Shown here: positions 1 through 12,600 of the stretch, one piece after another
How the letters are laid out: every line of letters begins with the position of its first letter
Position numbering within the stretch: the stretch's first letter is position 1
DNA from: Antechinus flavipes
Lineage: Eukaryota
Length of the DNA: 64,000 nt
Direction: 5' to 3'
Assembly: GCF_016432865.1 (NCBI RefSeq)
Contig: NC_067400.1
Coordinates: 246,264,001 to 246,328,000 of the forward strand
Made by a program: the position numbers and the translations under genes
Notes under the pieces: model-generated
What the model was told of the DNA's origin: nothing
The model's database searches: none
What the model saw: only the letters and a program-made list of their open reading frames with translations

Positions 1-3000
1 CTCCCCTTCCCCTCTTCTCATAAATAGCAAGTAGTCTCATACATGTTAAACATGTTAAAGTATATCTTAAATGCAATATATGTGTCCACATCCATACAGT
101 TCTCTTTTTGCACAAGAAAAATCAAATTCAGAAAGGTAAAAATAACATGGTAATAAATACAAAAATGCAAGTAGTCCACATTCATTTCCAGTGTTCTTTC
201 TCGGGGTGTAGCTGCTTCTGTCCATCATTAATCAATTGGAACTGAATTAGTGTGGTCTAAGATATCCACTTCTATCAGAATATACCCTCATATAACATTG
301 TTGTTGAAGTGTATAATGATCTCCTGGTTCTGCTCATTTCATTTAACATCAGTTCATGTAGGTCTCTCCAAATATCTTTGTATTCATCCTGCTGGTCATT
401 TCTTACAGAATAATAATATTCCATAACATTCATAAACCACAATTTACCCAACCATTCTCCAATTGATGGGCATCCATTCAATTTCCAGTTTCTAGCCACT
501 ACAAAAAGGGCTGCAACAAACATTTTTGCACAAACAGGTCCCTTTCCCTTTTTTAGTATCTCTTTGGGATATAATCCCAGTAGTAACACTACTGGATCAA
601 AGGCTTTGTTTGATAACTTTTTGAGCATAGTTCCAAATTGTTCTCCAGAATAGTTGGATCCGTTCACAATTCCACCAACAATGCCAGTTTTCCCATATCT
701 CCTCCAATATTCGTCATTAATTTTTCCTATCATCTTAGCCAATCTGACAGGTGTGTAGTGGTATCTTAGAGTTGTCTTAATTTGCATTTCTCTGATCAGT
801 AGTGATTTGGAACATCCTTTCATATGAGTAAAAATAGTTTCAATTTCATCATCTCAAAATTGTCTGTTCATATCCTTTGATCAATTGGAGAATGACTTGA
901 TTTCTTATAAATTAGAGTCAATTCTCTCTATATTTTGGAAATGAGGCCTTTTTCAGAACCTTTAACTGTAAAAATGTTTTCCCAGTTTATTGTTTCCCTT
1001 CTAATCTTGTTTACATTAACTTTGTACAAAAGCTTTTTAACTTGATATAATCAAAATTTTCTATTTTGTGATCAATAATGTTCTCTAGTTCTTTTTTGGT
1101 CACAAATTCCTTCTTCCTCCACAGGTCTGAGAGTAAACTATCCTATGTTCTTCTAATTTATTTATAATTTCATTCTTTATGTCTAAATCATGAACCCATT
1201 TTGATCTTATCTTGATGTAAGTGTTAAATGTGGGCCCATGCCTATTTTCTGCCATACTAATTTCCTGTTTCCTAGCAGTTTTTGTCAAATATTGAATTCT
1301 TATCCCAAAATTTGGGATCTTTGGGTTTGTCAATCACTGGATTGCTATAGTTATTGACTGTTTTGTCCTGTGAACCTAACCTATTCCATTGATCAACTAA
1401 TCTATTTCTTAGCCAATACCAAATGGTTTTGGTAACCACTGCTTTGTAATATAATTTTAGATTTGATACAAATAGGCCACTTTCATTTGATTTTTTTTCA
1501 TTAGTTCCCTTGAAATTCTTGACCTTTTGTTCTTCCATATGAATTTTATTTTTTTCTAGGTCATTAAAATAGTTCCTTGGGATTCTGATTGGCATAGCAC
1601 TAAATAAATAGATTAGTTTAGGTACTATTATCATCTTTATTATATTGGCTCAGCCTATCCGAGAGTCCTTAATATTTTTTCAATGATTTAGATCTGACTT
1701 TATTTGTGTGGAAAATGTTTTATAATTTTGCTCATATAGCTCCTGACTTTCCTTTGGCAGATAGATTCCCAAATATTTTATTCTATTGACAGCTATTTTA
1801 AATGGAATTTCTCTTTGTATCTTTTGCTGTTGGATTTTATTGGTGATCTATAAAAATGTTGAAGATTTATGTGGATTTATTTTATATCCTACAACTTTGC
1901 TAAAGTTGTAGATTATTTCTAATAGCTTTTTGTAGTGTCTCTGGGGTTATCTAAGTATACCATCATATCATCTGCAAAGAGTGATAATTTAGTTTCCTCA
2001 TTACCTACTCTAATTCCTTTAATCTCTTTCTCAATTCTTATTGCCGAAGCTAGCATTTCTAATACAATATTGAATAATAATGGTGATAGTGGGCAACTTT
2101 GGTTTCACTCCTGATTTTATTGGGAATGGTTCCAGTTTATCACCATTATATATGATGCTTACTGATGGTTTTAAATAGATGCTACTGACTAATTTTAAGG
2201 AAAAGTTCATTTATTCCTATACTCTCAAGTGTTTTTAATATGAATGGATTTTGGATTTTATCAAATGCTTTTTCTGCATCTAGTGAGATGATCATTTTTT
2301 TTTGTTAATTTGGTTATGGATATAGTCAATTATGCTAATGGTTTTCCTAATATTGAACCAGCCTTGCATTCCTGTATAAATCCTATTTGGTTGTAGTGTA
2401 TTATCCTGGGGATGATTTTCTGTAATCTTTTTGCTAATATTTTATTTAAGATTTTTGCATCAATGTTCATTAGGGAGATTGATCTCTAATTTTCTTTCTC
2501 TCTTTTTAATCTACCTGGTTTAGGTATCAGTACCATGTCTGTGTCATAAAAGAAATTTGATAGGACTCCTTCAATCCCTATTTTTTTTTCAAATAACATA
2601 TAGTATTGAAGTTAATTGTTCTTTAAATGTTTGGTAAAATTCACATGTAAATCCATCTGGTCCTGGGGATTTATTCTTAGAGAGTTGATTAATACCTTGT
2701 TCTATTTCTTTTTCTGAAATGGGATTGTTTAACCAATTTACTTCTTTCTCTGTTAATCCTGGCAACTTATATTTTTGAAGGGATTCATCCATTTCATTTA
2801 AGTTATAGAATTTATCAACATAAAGTTGGACAAAGTAACTCCTAATTATTGCTCTAATTTCCTCTTCATTAGTGGTGAGTTCTCCCTTTTCATTTTTAAG
2901 ACTAACAATTTGATTTTCCTCTTTCCTTTTTCTAATCAAATTTACCAAGGGTTTATCCATTTTGTTGGGTTTTTTTCATAGAACTAACTTTAATTTTATT

Positions 3001-6000
3001 TATAATTCAATAGTATTTTAACTTTCAATGTTATTAATCTCTCCTTTTATTTTTAGAATTTCAAGTTTAGTATTTGACTGGGGGGGGGGTTAATTTGCTC
3101 CTTTTCTAGCTTTTTTAGTTTCAGGCCCAATTCATTGACCTTCTCTTTATTTTACGCAAGTAGGCCTCTAGAGATATAAAATTTCCCCTTATTACCACTT
3201 TGGCTGCATCCCATACATTTTGGTATGATGTCTCATTATTATCATTTTCTTGGGTGAAGTTATTAATTACGTCTATGATTTGCTGTTTCACTCAATCATT
3301 CTTTAGTATGAGATTATTTAGTCTCCAATTATTTTTTGGTCTACTTTCCCCTGGCTATTTGTTGAATGTAATTTTCATTGCATCATGGTCTGAAAAGAAT
3401 GCATTTACTATTTCTGCCTTACTGCATTTGAGTTTGAGGTTTTTATGTCCTAATATATGGTCAATTTTTGTATAGGTTCCATGAACTGCTGAAAAGAAAG
3501 TGTATTCCTTTCTGTCTCCATTACATTTTCTCCAAAGATCTATCAAATCTAACTTTTCTAGTATTCTATTTACCTCTTTGACTTCTTTCTTATTTATTTT
3601 GTGGTTTGATTTATCTAATTCTGAGAGTGCAAGGTTGAGATCTCCCACTATTACAGTTTTGCTGTCTATTTCTTCTTGCAGCTCTCTTAATTTCTCTTTT
3701 AAGAATTTAGATGCTACACCACTTGGTGCATATATGTTTAATATTGATATTGCTTCATTATCTATGCTACCCTTTAGCAAGATATAGTTTCCTTCCTTAT
3801 CTCTTTTAATTAAATCAATTTTTTCTTTTGCTTAATGTGAGATCAGAATGGCTCCCCTGCTTTTTTTACTTCACCTGAAGCATAGTAGATTCTGCTCCAG
3901 CCTTTTACCTTTATTCTGTATGTATCGCCCTGCTTCAAATGCATTTCCTTAAACAACATATTGTAGGATTCTGGCTTTTAATCCAGTCTGCTATCTACCT
4001 CTGCTTTATGGGGGAGTTTACCCCATTCACATTTATGGTTAAAATTACTAATTCTGTATTTCCTGCCATCTTGTTAACCCCAGCTTATATTTTTCTCCTT
4101 TTCTTCCTCCTTACCTACCCTCCCCAATATTAAACCTGTGAGTACCACTTGTCTCACACAGCCCTCCTACTTTAGACTCCCTCTTCCACCTTAGAGTTCC
4201 TCCCTTTTTCTTACCCCTTTTCCTCACAATTTCTGTATTCTCTTCTATTTAGCTTACTCTTTCCCTTTTCACTTTTCCCCTCCCACTTTTCAATGAGGTG
4301 GGAGAAGTTTCTCTGTAAATCAAATATGTCTAATATCTTTCTCTTTAAGTCAATTCTGATGAGAGTAAGATACACACTATGTTCATCCCTCTCCCTTCTT
4401 TCCCTCAGATATAATAGGTTTCCTTTGCCTCTTCGTGAAATGAAGTACCCCCACTTTACCCCTTTTCTGGTATAATTTCCTTTCCACCTCTAGCTTCTTT
4501 TTTATATTACCAAATTATACATGTCTTCTTTATGCATATGCATAACAGAATTATAGTTCCCAAGATTTCTTTTTTACCTTTCATGTTTCTCTTGAGTCCT
4601 ATATTTGGAGATCAAACTTTTTGTTTAGTTCTGGTTTTTTCATCAGAAATAGATGGAATTCACCTATTTCTTTGAATGCCCATCTTCTTCTCTGGAAAAA
4701 AAAATGCTCATTTTGGCTAGGTAAGTTACTCAGCTGCATACTTAGTCCTTTAACCTTTCAGAATATCAGATTACAGGCCTTTGATTCTTTAATGTGGATG
4801 CTGCTAGATCCTGAGTAATCTTTATTGTGGCTCCTCTGTATTTGAATTGATTTTTTTCTAGCAGCTTGCAGTATTTTTAACTTGGTCTGATAGTTCTGGA
4901 ATTTAGTCACAATATTTCTTGGAATTTTGATTTTGGGATCTCTTTCAGAAGGTGATTGATGAATTCTTAACTGTTTCTATAACATCTGGGCAGTTCTCAT
5001 TGATGATTTCCTGGAAATTAGTGTCTAGGCTCTTTATTTCATCATAATTTTCAGGAAGTCCAATAATCCTTAGAGTATCTCTCCTAGATCTATTTTCCAA
5101 GTCTGTTGTTTTCCCAAGTAGGTATTTAACATTTTTTTCAATTTTTTTCTTTTTTTGCTGTTTTTTGTTTTGCTTGACTGATTCTTGGTATCTCCTCAAA
5201 TCATTCATTTCCATTTGTTCAATTCTGATTTTTTTCTCACTTTTTTTCTTATTATAGTTTTTTATTGACAGAATACATGCATAGGCAATTTTTGCAACAT
5301 TGTCCCTTGCATTCACTTCTGTTCCACCTTTTCTCTTCCCTCCCTCCACCCCCTCCACTAGATGGCAGGCAGTCTCATACTTATTAAACATGTTACAGTA
5401 TATCTTAGATACAACATATGTGTGCAGCTCCGTACAGTTCTCTTATTGCACAAAAAAAAAATGGATTCAGAAGGTAAAAATAACCTGGGAAGAAAAACAA
5501 AAATGCAAGTAGTCCACATTTATTTCCCAGTGTTCCTTCTCTGGGAGTAGATGATTCTGTCCATTATTGATCATCAATTCTGATTTTTTAATAAATTATT
5601 TTCTTCGTTTACTTATTTATTTCTTTTTGTAATTTCCTATTGAGTTTTTAAATGAGGTGTTTTGTTCTATGGAAATTTTTTCCATTTCGCCAATTTTATT
5701 TTTTAGACAGCAATTTTCTTTTTTCTAATTCATTAATTCTATTTTTCAGGGAGTTGATTTCTTTATCCACTGTATCTTTTAATGAGTAGGATAACTTATC
5801 CAGATTCTCTTGCCAAGCTTCCCTTTTCTTTCCTGATTTTTCTTCTAGCTCTCTTGTGAAAGCCATTTTTAATTTCTTCTATGAGAGCCTTGAGTGATGG
5901 GAAGCAGATCATATCCCCCTTTGCGGTTTCATCTAGAGGCAATCTGTTTTTACTCTCCTCAGAGTTTGAAGTCTGCTCTCTATGAGTATAGAAACTATCT

Positions 6001-6720
6001 ATAGTTAGAGCTCACTTTAACTTTTTACTCATTNNNNNNNNNNNNNNNNNNNNNNNNNNNNNNNNNNNNNNNNNNNNNNNNNNNNNNNNNNNNNNNNNNN
6101 NNNNNNNNNNNNNNNNNNNNNNNNNNNNNNNNNNNNNNNNNNNNNNNNNNNNNNNNNNNNNNNNNNNNNNTATTACCAAGCTTCCTCTACAGACACCAGG
6201 AAGTAGCAGTGAAGCAGCAGTGAAACAGCAGTGAAACAGCAATGGCTGCATTGCATCTGCATAGCAGTTGTGCTTTGAGAGTGTGCTGTCACTCCAGGTG
6301 CTGGGTGGATGTGGTCAGATCCCTAGAGACTAGCATTTCAGGGTTATAGTCTTTACCCCCTGTGTTTATACTTTCTCTGCTGATCTACTGGCTTGCTGCC
6401 AGGGCAAAGTAGCTCACACTGTGGTAAAGTTCTCCCTGCAAATTTTTCCCTATGCCCCTTTAGTCTGTTCAGCATAGCTGCCTTCCATGCCCTCACTGCC
6501 TGCCTGAGGTCTATGGCTGTTCTAATCATCCCCTCCCACAAGCAAAAATAGACCTTTTCTGGCGAATTTCAAGGACATCTTCTGTTGGTAATGTGTTGTA
6601 CTCCCAATATTCGTGGATTTTTTCAATCAAGCACTAATTCCAAAGGCGTATCATAAAAAAAGTAGTCTGAGGGAAAGGAAGAGCTTAGATAGATGCATGT
6701 GTCCTTTCCATCATCTTGGA
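1..6720 (-). mobile_element. Near full-length decayed LINE-1 (3' end runs off window start)
   Basis: Minus-strand ORF fragments encode the L1 ORF2 endonuclease (ISILNIYAPS, IVGDLN, TKIDHILGH, SDH; 3355-3780), RT-proximal ([19 protein letters not shown]; 2589-2960) and C-terminal (SVRNDQQDEY..WRDLHELM; 275-823) regions, plus ORF1 (LENRSRRDTLRIIGLPE; ~5050-5130). The reverse complement of the L1 5' motif CCAAGATG lies at ~6712-6719. Many stops and frameshifts. Confidence 0.95.
5234..5573 (-). mobile_element. 5'-truncated L1 3'UTR fragment nested in ORF1 of the large L1
   Basis: T-rich tail at left; 15-bp TSD TCAATTCTGATTTTT at 5219-5233 and 5574-5588; sequence matches the other L1 3'UTRs in the window. 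Confidence 0.9.
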
Positions 6721-7426
6721 TCCCAGAATTTTTATACTTTTGGCTAAAGTTGTAAGAGATTTATAAGCCAAGAAAAGAACTACAACTTCTATTGCTGTCC
6801 CTACCAGTTAGATCTTACTTTTCTTCTGATCACTTAATGTCTTTCTAAAATTCTCCACTAGAATGTGAAAGTCTGCCTTTTCTCTATTACACTTTCTCTG
6901 TTGATAACCATCTCATCTGCCATGGATTCAGTTATTTTCTCTAGCTCCCCACTCTTTGACATTCATTACCCTGGCTCAAGTTTCAGAAAAGCATTCATAC
7001 CTGAACTCACAGGAATACCTGGCTGACTATTTACATCAGATATTCATAATCCTCCCCAAATTCAGATAATCTGCACTTCCCTGTACTTGCACATTTAGAA
7101 ATGCCATGATATACTGAAATCAATAGAGACAACTCAAGCTCTCCTTTCACTGTCTTTGAAAGTCTTGTGGTTTGACAGAAAATTTAAGAGAAACTATTCT
7201 CTTCAGAGAACCCAGTAATTTTATCATGCTCACAACTAATGGCTTCTCCTGACTCTTCCTTCTTCTTGATCCCCATTTGGTTCTTGAAAAGACAGGCCAA
7301 TTGGTGCTCCTATATAGCTTGGATACTTTTCTTCCAGCCAGATTACTCATTCTTAGTGGTCAAAAGTGAACAATTGACTTGTCGTGCAAAGTTTATTGAG
7401 TGAAGCCTAAGTGAAGCCTCTTTTCT

Positions 7427-7637
7427 NNNNNNNNNNNNNNNNNNNNNNNNNNNNNNNNNNNNNNNNNNNNNNNNNNNNNNNNNNNNNNNNNNNNNNNNNN
7501 NNNNNNNNNNNNNNNNNNNNNNNNNNNNNNNNNNNNNNNNNNNNNNNNNNNNNNNNNNNNNNNNNNNNNNNNNNNNNNNNNNNNNNNNNNNNNNNNNNNN
7601 NNNNNNNNNNNNNNNNNNNNNNNNNNNNNNNNNNNNN
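7427..7637. other. Assembly gap or masked run (others at 6034-6170, 14935-15065, 26824-26986, 39155-39384, 50725-50941)
   Basis: Runs of N. Confidence 1.
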
Positions 7638-8480
7638 TCACCTTTATAATAAGACAAAAATCTCTCTTCAACATCAGTTCTATATCATGAATTGTCTATT
7701 TGAGAATTTCAAATTGATGTCTCTTACGCATCTCAAAACACCTAGAACTGCAAAAGATCTCATTCTCCTTCCTCAAAAGCAACTTATCTATTTAAAACTG
7801 CTCTTAAAATGTCTAAAGAATTGACATCAAACCAGGAAATCAGGTTCTCAGACTTGGGGAAGATCTTGAGCTGTCTCTATTATCACATGTATCCAATCAG
7901 ATAGCAAAAATTCTTTCTCCATTCCCAAAGTATGTAATCCTAACATTTCTTGCCACTTTTAAATCTCCATTTTAGATGAGCCTTCACAGTACTTTCTGCA
8001 AAATCTTTGGATTAGTCTCCATGTCTCTATTTTCTTCCCACTCAGATCCATCCTCTGATCAACTGATCAAGGGATTGTCCTAGACAATTTCCTTATTCCA
8101 ATAAAGCTATAACCACTCCTAATCCCCAATCTCTACAATAATATTATGGTAAACTTCAGTTTCTTTTTGTTTTGTATTGTTTTAAGTAGATAGACTCTGT
8201 CTGGCACTTCACCTTCTTCATTAGCTGACCCCTTTAAACCTTTCCAGACTCAATATTCTTAATTTTTCTCCCAACATTTTGTGGTTTTACCTAATGTAGC
8301 TTGCCTGCTTTCACTGTAACAATGCTTTTCATGTTTCTTTGCTTTTCTCTGTCTGGTTGCCTATAAGGCCAAAATTTCTCTCCATTCTACTTCTATCTCT
8401 TCTAACTTTTGATAGTCAAAAAGAGTCTTGGGTTAAATTCCATCTATGACAAGCCCTGTGGTTCTAGGGGCTTGAATCTT

Positions 8481-9290
8481 TTTTTTTAATAACTTTTTTG
8501 ATAGAACTCATGCCAGGGTAATTTTTTACAACATTATCCCTTGCATTCACTTGTGTTCCGATTTTTCCCCTCCATCCCTCCACCCCCTCCCCCAGATGGC
8601 AAGCAATCCTTTGCATGTTGAATAGGTTACAGTATATCCTGGATACAATATACGTGTGCAGAACCAAACAGTTTTCTTGTTGCACAGGGAAAATTGAATT
8701 CAGAGGGTATAAATAATCTGGGAAGAAAAACAAAAATGCAAGCAGTTTATATTCATCTCCCAGTGTTCTTTCTTTGGGTGTAGCTGCTTCTGCCCATCTT
8801 TGATCAATTGAAACTGAATTAGCTCTCTTTATCGAAGAGATCCACTTCCATCAGAATACATCCTCAAACAGTATCGTTGTTGAGGTATATAATGATCTCC
8901 TGGTTCTGCTCATTTCACTTAGCATCAGTTCATGTAAGTCTCTCCAGACCTCTCTGTATTCATCCTGCTGGTCATTTCTTACAGAACAATAATATTCCAT
9001 AACATTCATATACCACAATTTGCTCAACCATTCTCCAATTGATGGGCATCCATTCATTTTCCAGCTTCTAGCCACTACAAACAGGGCTCCCACAAACATT
9101 TTGGCACATACAGGTCCCTTTCCCTTCTTTAGTATCTCTTTGGGGTTATAAGCCCAGTAGAAACACTGCTGGATCAAAAGGTATGCACAGTTTGATAACT
9201 TTTTGAGCACAGTTCCAAATTGCTCTCCAGAATGGCTGGATGTGTTCACAATTCCACCAACAATGTATCAGTGTCCCTGTTTTCCCACAT
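8481..9290 (-). mobile_element. 5'-truncated LINE-1 upstream of KRTAP copy 1
   Basis: ORF2 C-terminus (8851-9249) plus 3'UTR and T-tract; TSD TAGGGGCTTGAATCTT at 8465-8480 and 9291-9306; paralogous empty site at 16304-16320. Confidence 0.95.
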
Positions 9291-9939
9291 TAGGGGCTTG
9301 AATCTTTGCCTTTGAAATCTCCCATCACCTCCCTCTCCCCTCATGTTTGTGGCAGGTTTCTTGTTATTTTCATATTTTCATTGTCCTTAAAACTTCATAC
9401 CTTCCTGAGAACCAGGATTCTGGTTCTTTCTATTTCCATCCCTAAATGCAAAGTACAGGTGGAGTATAAACAATGCTTATAATGGATTGGGAATGATAAA
9501 TAGATTACCTAATTTCATGCATTTTTTTCTCCACATTTATCTCAACTTCAATTTGAAACTTGCTGTCCCTTCATTCTCAAAAAAAACTGTTCAAAAGAAA
9601 CAAAATTGTGAAGCACACTGAAAGAATCAGAAGGCTAGGGATTCAAGTTGTGAACTAAGGGCAATATTCCCAAGAAAGGCCTACCATGAAGACTGTGTAG
9701 AACAAAAGCTACATTAACTACATATGTTTGGCAACATTACAATCATTTCTCATCACAGGAATGACATCCTTGGTAGAATCTTCATAAACATCATATCAAG
9801 AGAAAACAACACTCTTAATGAGCTGGAGAAATTCTTCCCAAGCAACAAACTATGACAAGAATGTGATTTTGCTCTTGTAAGTTCATTAATAGGAATTATG
9901 CAATTTAGAAGTAATAGGCCACACCTCATTCTGAAAGAG

Positions 9940-9946
9940 TATAAAA
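9940..9946 (+). promoter_or_regulatory. TATA box (TATAAAA) of KRTAP copy 1
   Basis: TATAAAA 85 bp upstream of the ATG; the same spacing occurs in all seven copies. Confidence 0.85.
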
Positions 9947-10024
9947 GTCCCCCTCAACATGTTCCCCTACACAATCATCCAAAGCAAACCCTGACATCCT
10001 TCCAAATCTGTGAAACTTGAAACC

Positions 10025-10252
10025 ATGTGCTACTACGGCAGCTACTATGGAGGCCTGGGCTATGGCTATGGCTCTGGTTATGGCTGTGGATGTGGCAGCT
10101 ACCGTGGCCTAGGCTATGGCTATGGCAGCTGTGGCTGTAGAGGCCTGGGCTATGGTGGCTATGGCTATGGAGGCCTGGGCTATGGTGGCTATGGCTATGG
10201 CTGCTGCCGCCCATCTTGCTGTGGAAGGTATTCTTCTTATGGCTTCTACTGA
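10025..10252 (+). CDS. KRTAP: High Gly-Tyr keratin-associated protein, KRTAP19/20-like, copy 1 (75 aa)
   Basis: Single-exon [19 protein letters not shown]...[16 protein letters not shown] with 29 Gly, 19 Tyr and 9 Cys. The N- and C-termini are typical of HGT KRTAP19/20 proteins. Kozak GAAACCATG, TATA box and AATAAA are present. The GTG start at 10010 in the ORF track is not the real start. Confidence 0.95.
   Translation: MCYYGSYYGGLGYGYGSGYGCGCGSYRGLGYGYGSCGCRGLGYGGYGYGGLGYGGYGYGCCRPSCCGRYSSYGFY
10141..10200 (+). repeat. Perfect 30-bp tandem duplication inside the KRTAP CDS ([10 protein letters not shown] x2)
   Basis: AGGCCTGGGCTATGGTGGCTATGGCTATGG at 10141-10170 and 10171-10200; present in all six intact copies (one silent change in copy 2). 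Confidence 0.95.
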
Positions 10253-10539
10253 AAAACCACCTGCTCCTGCAGTGTCCTGGAATCCTCGGGCAACCCTGCT
10301 TGGTGTAATTCCATGGCATTTTAAAGACATCACTTCCACCTGCTTCTACACCTGGGTGATATAGGAGAGACACCACAAGAAGTCTCAGTATTCCTATGAA
10401 ACACTTAGAGCAGTGAAATGCCAGGGATTCAGAAGCACCCGGACCCTTCCCTCTGGGAAATGATACTGAATCTCAGCAGAGATTCCAGAAGGTATACTCA
10501 GCTCTGATACATCATGCTGAGAGATCTGTTATAATTTTT

Positions 10540-10545
10540 AATAAA
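10540..10545 (+). terminator. Polyadenylation signal of copy 1
   Basis: AATAAA ~290 bp after the stop; positionally conserved at 17578, 29027, 41463, 45323-45328 (minus strand), 48750, 53005 and 61668. Confidence 0.8.
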
Positions 10546-12600
10546 GTTATTTCACTTATTGATGAAACTGGTTTCATGACTTTTTCTTGATCTCTACCTA
10601 CATGCGTGTCAATCTCACACCACAAAATTATTCAATCTTGACTTACACTTGTATAACTGCAAAATCTTTGGTCTCCAATTCAGCTTTTGCAATGAAAGCA
10701 GAATTCTCCAGATTTCATTTTTTTAAAAAAAGCATTTTATTTTCATATTTAAAATAGGAATGCTATAGTACTTAAAATTAGTAATGTCATAATACATAAT
10801 GTCCAAGTCCCATTTTACTAGAGTCAACAATTTTATACTTATGTTATGTGGCTTATCTCTTACACTCCAAGTGCATGCTGACTGACTTTTTATGTTCAAA
10901 ATTTCTCAAAGGTTTCCATGTTCATTACTTCATGCCCATGGTTTTTCACTTCCAAATGTAAATAGTCCCTAATGACTGTCAGCAAGTGGAATAATCCACT
11001 GATTTCTAGTTATCTTTCATCATTTTGTTGTCAACAACCAATATGAAGTTTAAGAGCACAGTACAAGAGAGCCATATGTCAAACGTGAAGATTGTCATAC
11101 AACCATGCCCTTCAGATATGTTCTATCTCTTTCAGCAAACTAGACATCCAGTCCAGCTCACAACATTATTCTTGAGCTGAGGCTCTCCCATCCATGTAGG
11201 AATTTGGCTAATTTGTAAAGAATGTCTTCAAACACCTCAAACAACTACTCAAATTCAAGGAGGAAGAAAGTATCTTATTTATTTTGCCATATCCTGGCTT
11301 TGAACTTTGTACACACAAACTCATATCCCTCAGACAAATCTTTTGGGGGCAGAGGGAAGCTTAGTACTCAATCTAGAACCCAGCTGAAACTTAATTTTTA
11401 TAGGTTGAAATGTTTATTGCTTGAATTAGTATTTTATGTGGTAGAAGAAACACTACAAGTGCTACAAATAATGGACCTTATGTCTCTTGTGATTTGTCTT
11501 CAAATGAGTATCTGCTACTATAAGCTATCACTCATAGCCCTTATTTTTCATTTACAAAAAATCATGAATATTCTTATGAAGCCATCAGCTTTTCAACAGA
11601 GATATTTTCAGGGAACATAGTTCATTCAATTCCTCTTAGAACAAACCTCTAAATGATTCATCCATCTTTTCCAGAAAGACATGCTCTCAAGGTCACATCA
11701 ACAAATACTGTTCCATCAGGAAGAAGATGACTTCTCTTTTCAATAGCTCTCAGTGGGAAAAGAACTTTGCATTCTCTGTTACAAAGTTGGAAAACAGTTT
11801 TTAATGGGGTAAAAGACCATTCCAGTTTTATGTTCTCTCACATGGCAAGAAATAAAAAATATCTATTGCCTGTACTTTGTGGTGGTCATTTTTTTAAGTC
11901 CTTAAAAAAAACTGGCATAATTCCCTCAGGGTCTGTTAAACCTTCAGTTTCTTCAAAAAATCCCCAGAGATCCTGAGCTATAGGTTCTTTTCCCAAATGG
12001 TCTGGACTTCTCTAGATGCTCAATAGATTGGCTAAAGATGAGACATGTCCTGAGTAGTGCAAATTAATGATGATCCATCATCTCCAATTTACTGAATTCT
12101 AGCCCCTTATGCCCCTCTCCATGCAATCTCAAGATTTCTGTGGGAAGTCTGGCTGTCATAGAAAAACTTATTGGACTGTTATAAGCCAAAAAAGAAGTAC
12201 AACTTTTATTGTTGTCCCTACCACTTTAATCTTACTTTTCTTCTGATCACTTAATGTCTTTCTAAAATCCTCCACTAGAGTGTGAAAGTCTGCCTTTTCT
12301 CCATTACACTCTCTCTCTTGATAACAGTTTCAGCTGCCATGGATTCAGTTATTTTCTCTAACTCCCCACTCTCTGACATTCATTACCCTGGCTGAAGTTT
12401 CAGAAAAGCATTTCACCTGAACTCACAGGAATACCTGGATGACTATTTACATCAGATATTCACGATCCTCCCCAAATTCAGATTATCTGCACTTCCCTCT
12501 ACTTGCACATTTAGAAATGCCATGGCTATACTGAAATCAATAGACAACTCAGGCTCTTTTTTCACTGCCTTTGAAAGTCTTGTGGTCTGACAGAAAAAAT

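Noticed and set aside
275-3780. L1 ORF2 fragments as functional CDSs
   Set aside because: Multiple stops and frameshifts; all L1 and ERV ORFs in the window are dead fragments.
10010-10024. N-terminal extension MKLET from a GTG start in the ORF track
   Set aside because: The ATG in GAAACCATG context gives the canonical KRTAP N-terminus; the GTG lies in the 5'UTR.
9975-10376. His/Ser-rich antisense ORFs ([10 protein letters not shown]...) over every KRTAP copy, and Ala/Met-rich alternative-frame ORFs
   Set aside because: These are shadows of GGC/TAT-rich low-complexity codons that lack stops in other frames. Starts and ends vary among copies, and I saw no promoter or poly(A) support.
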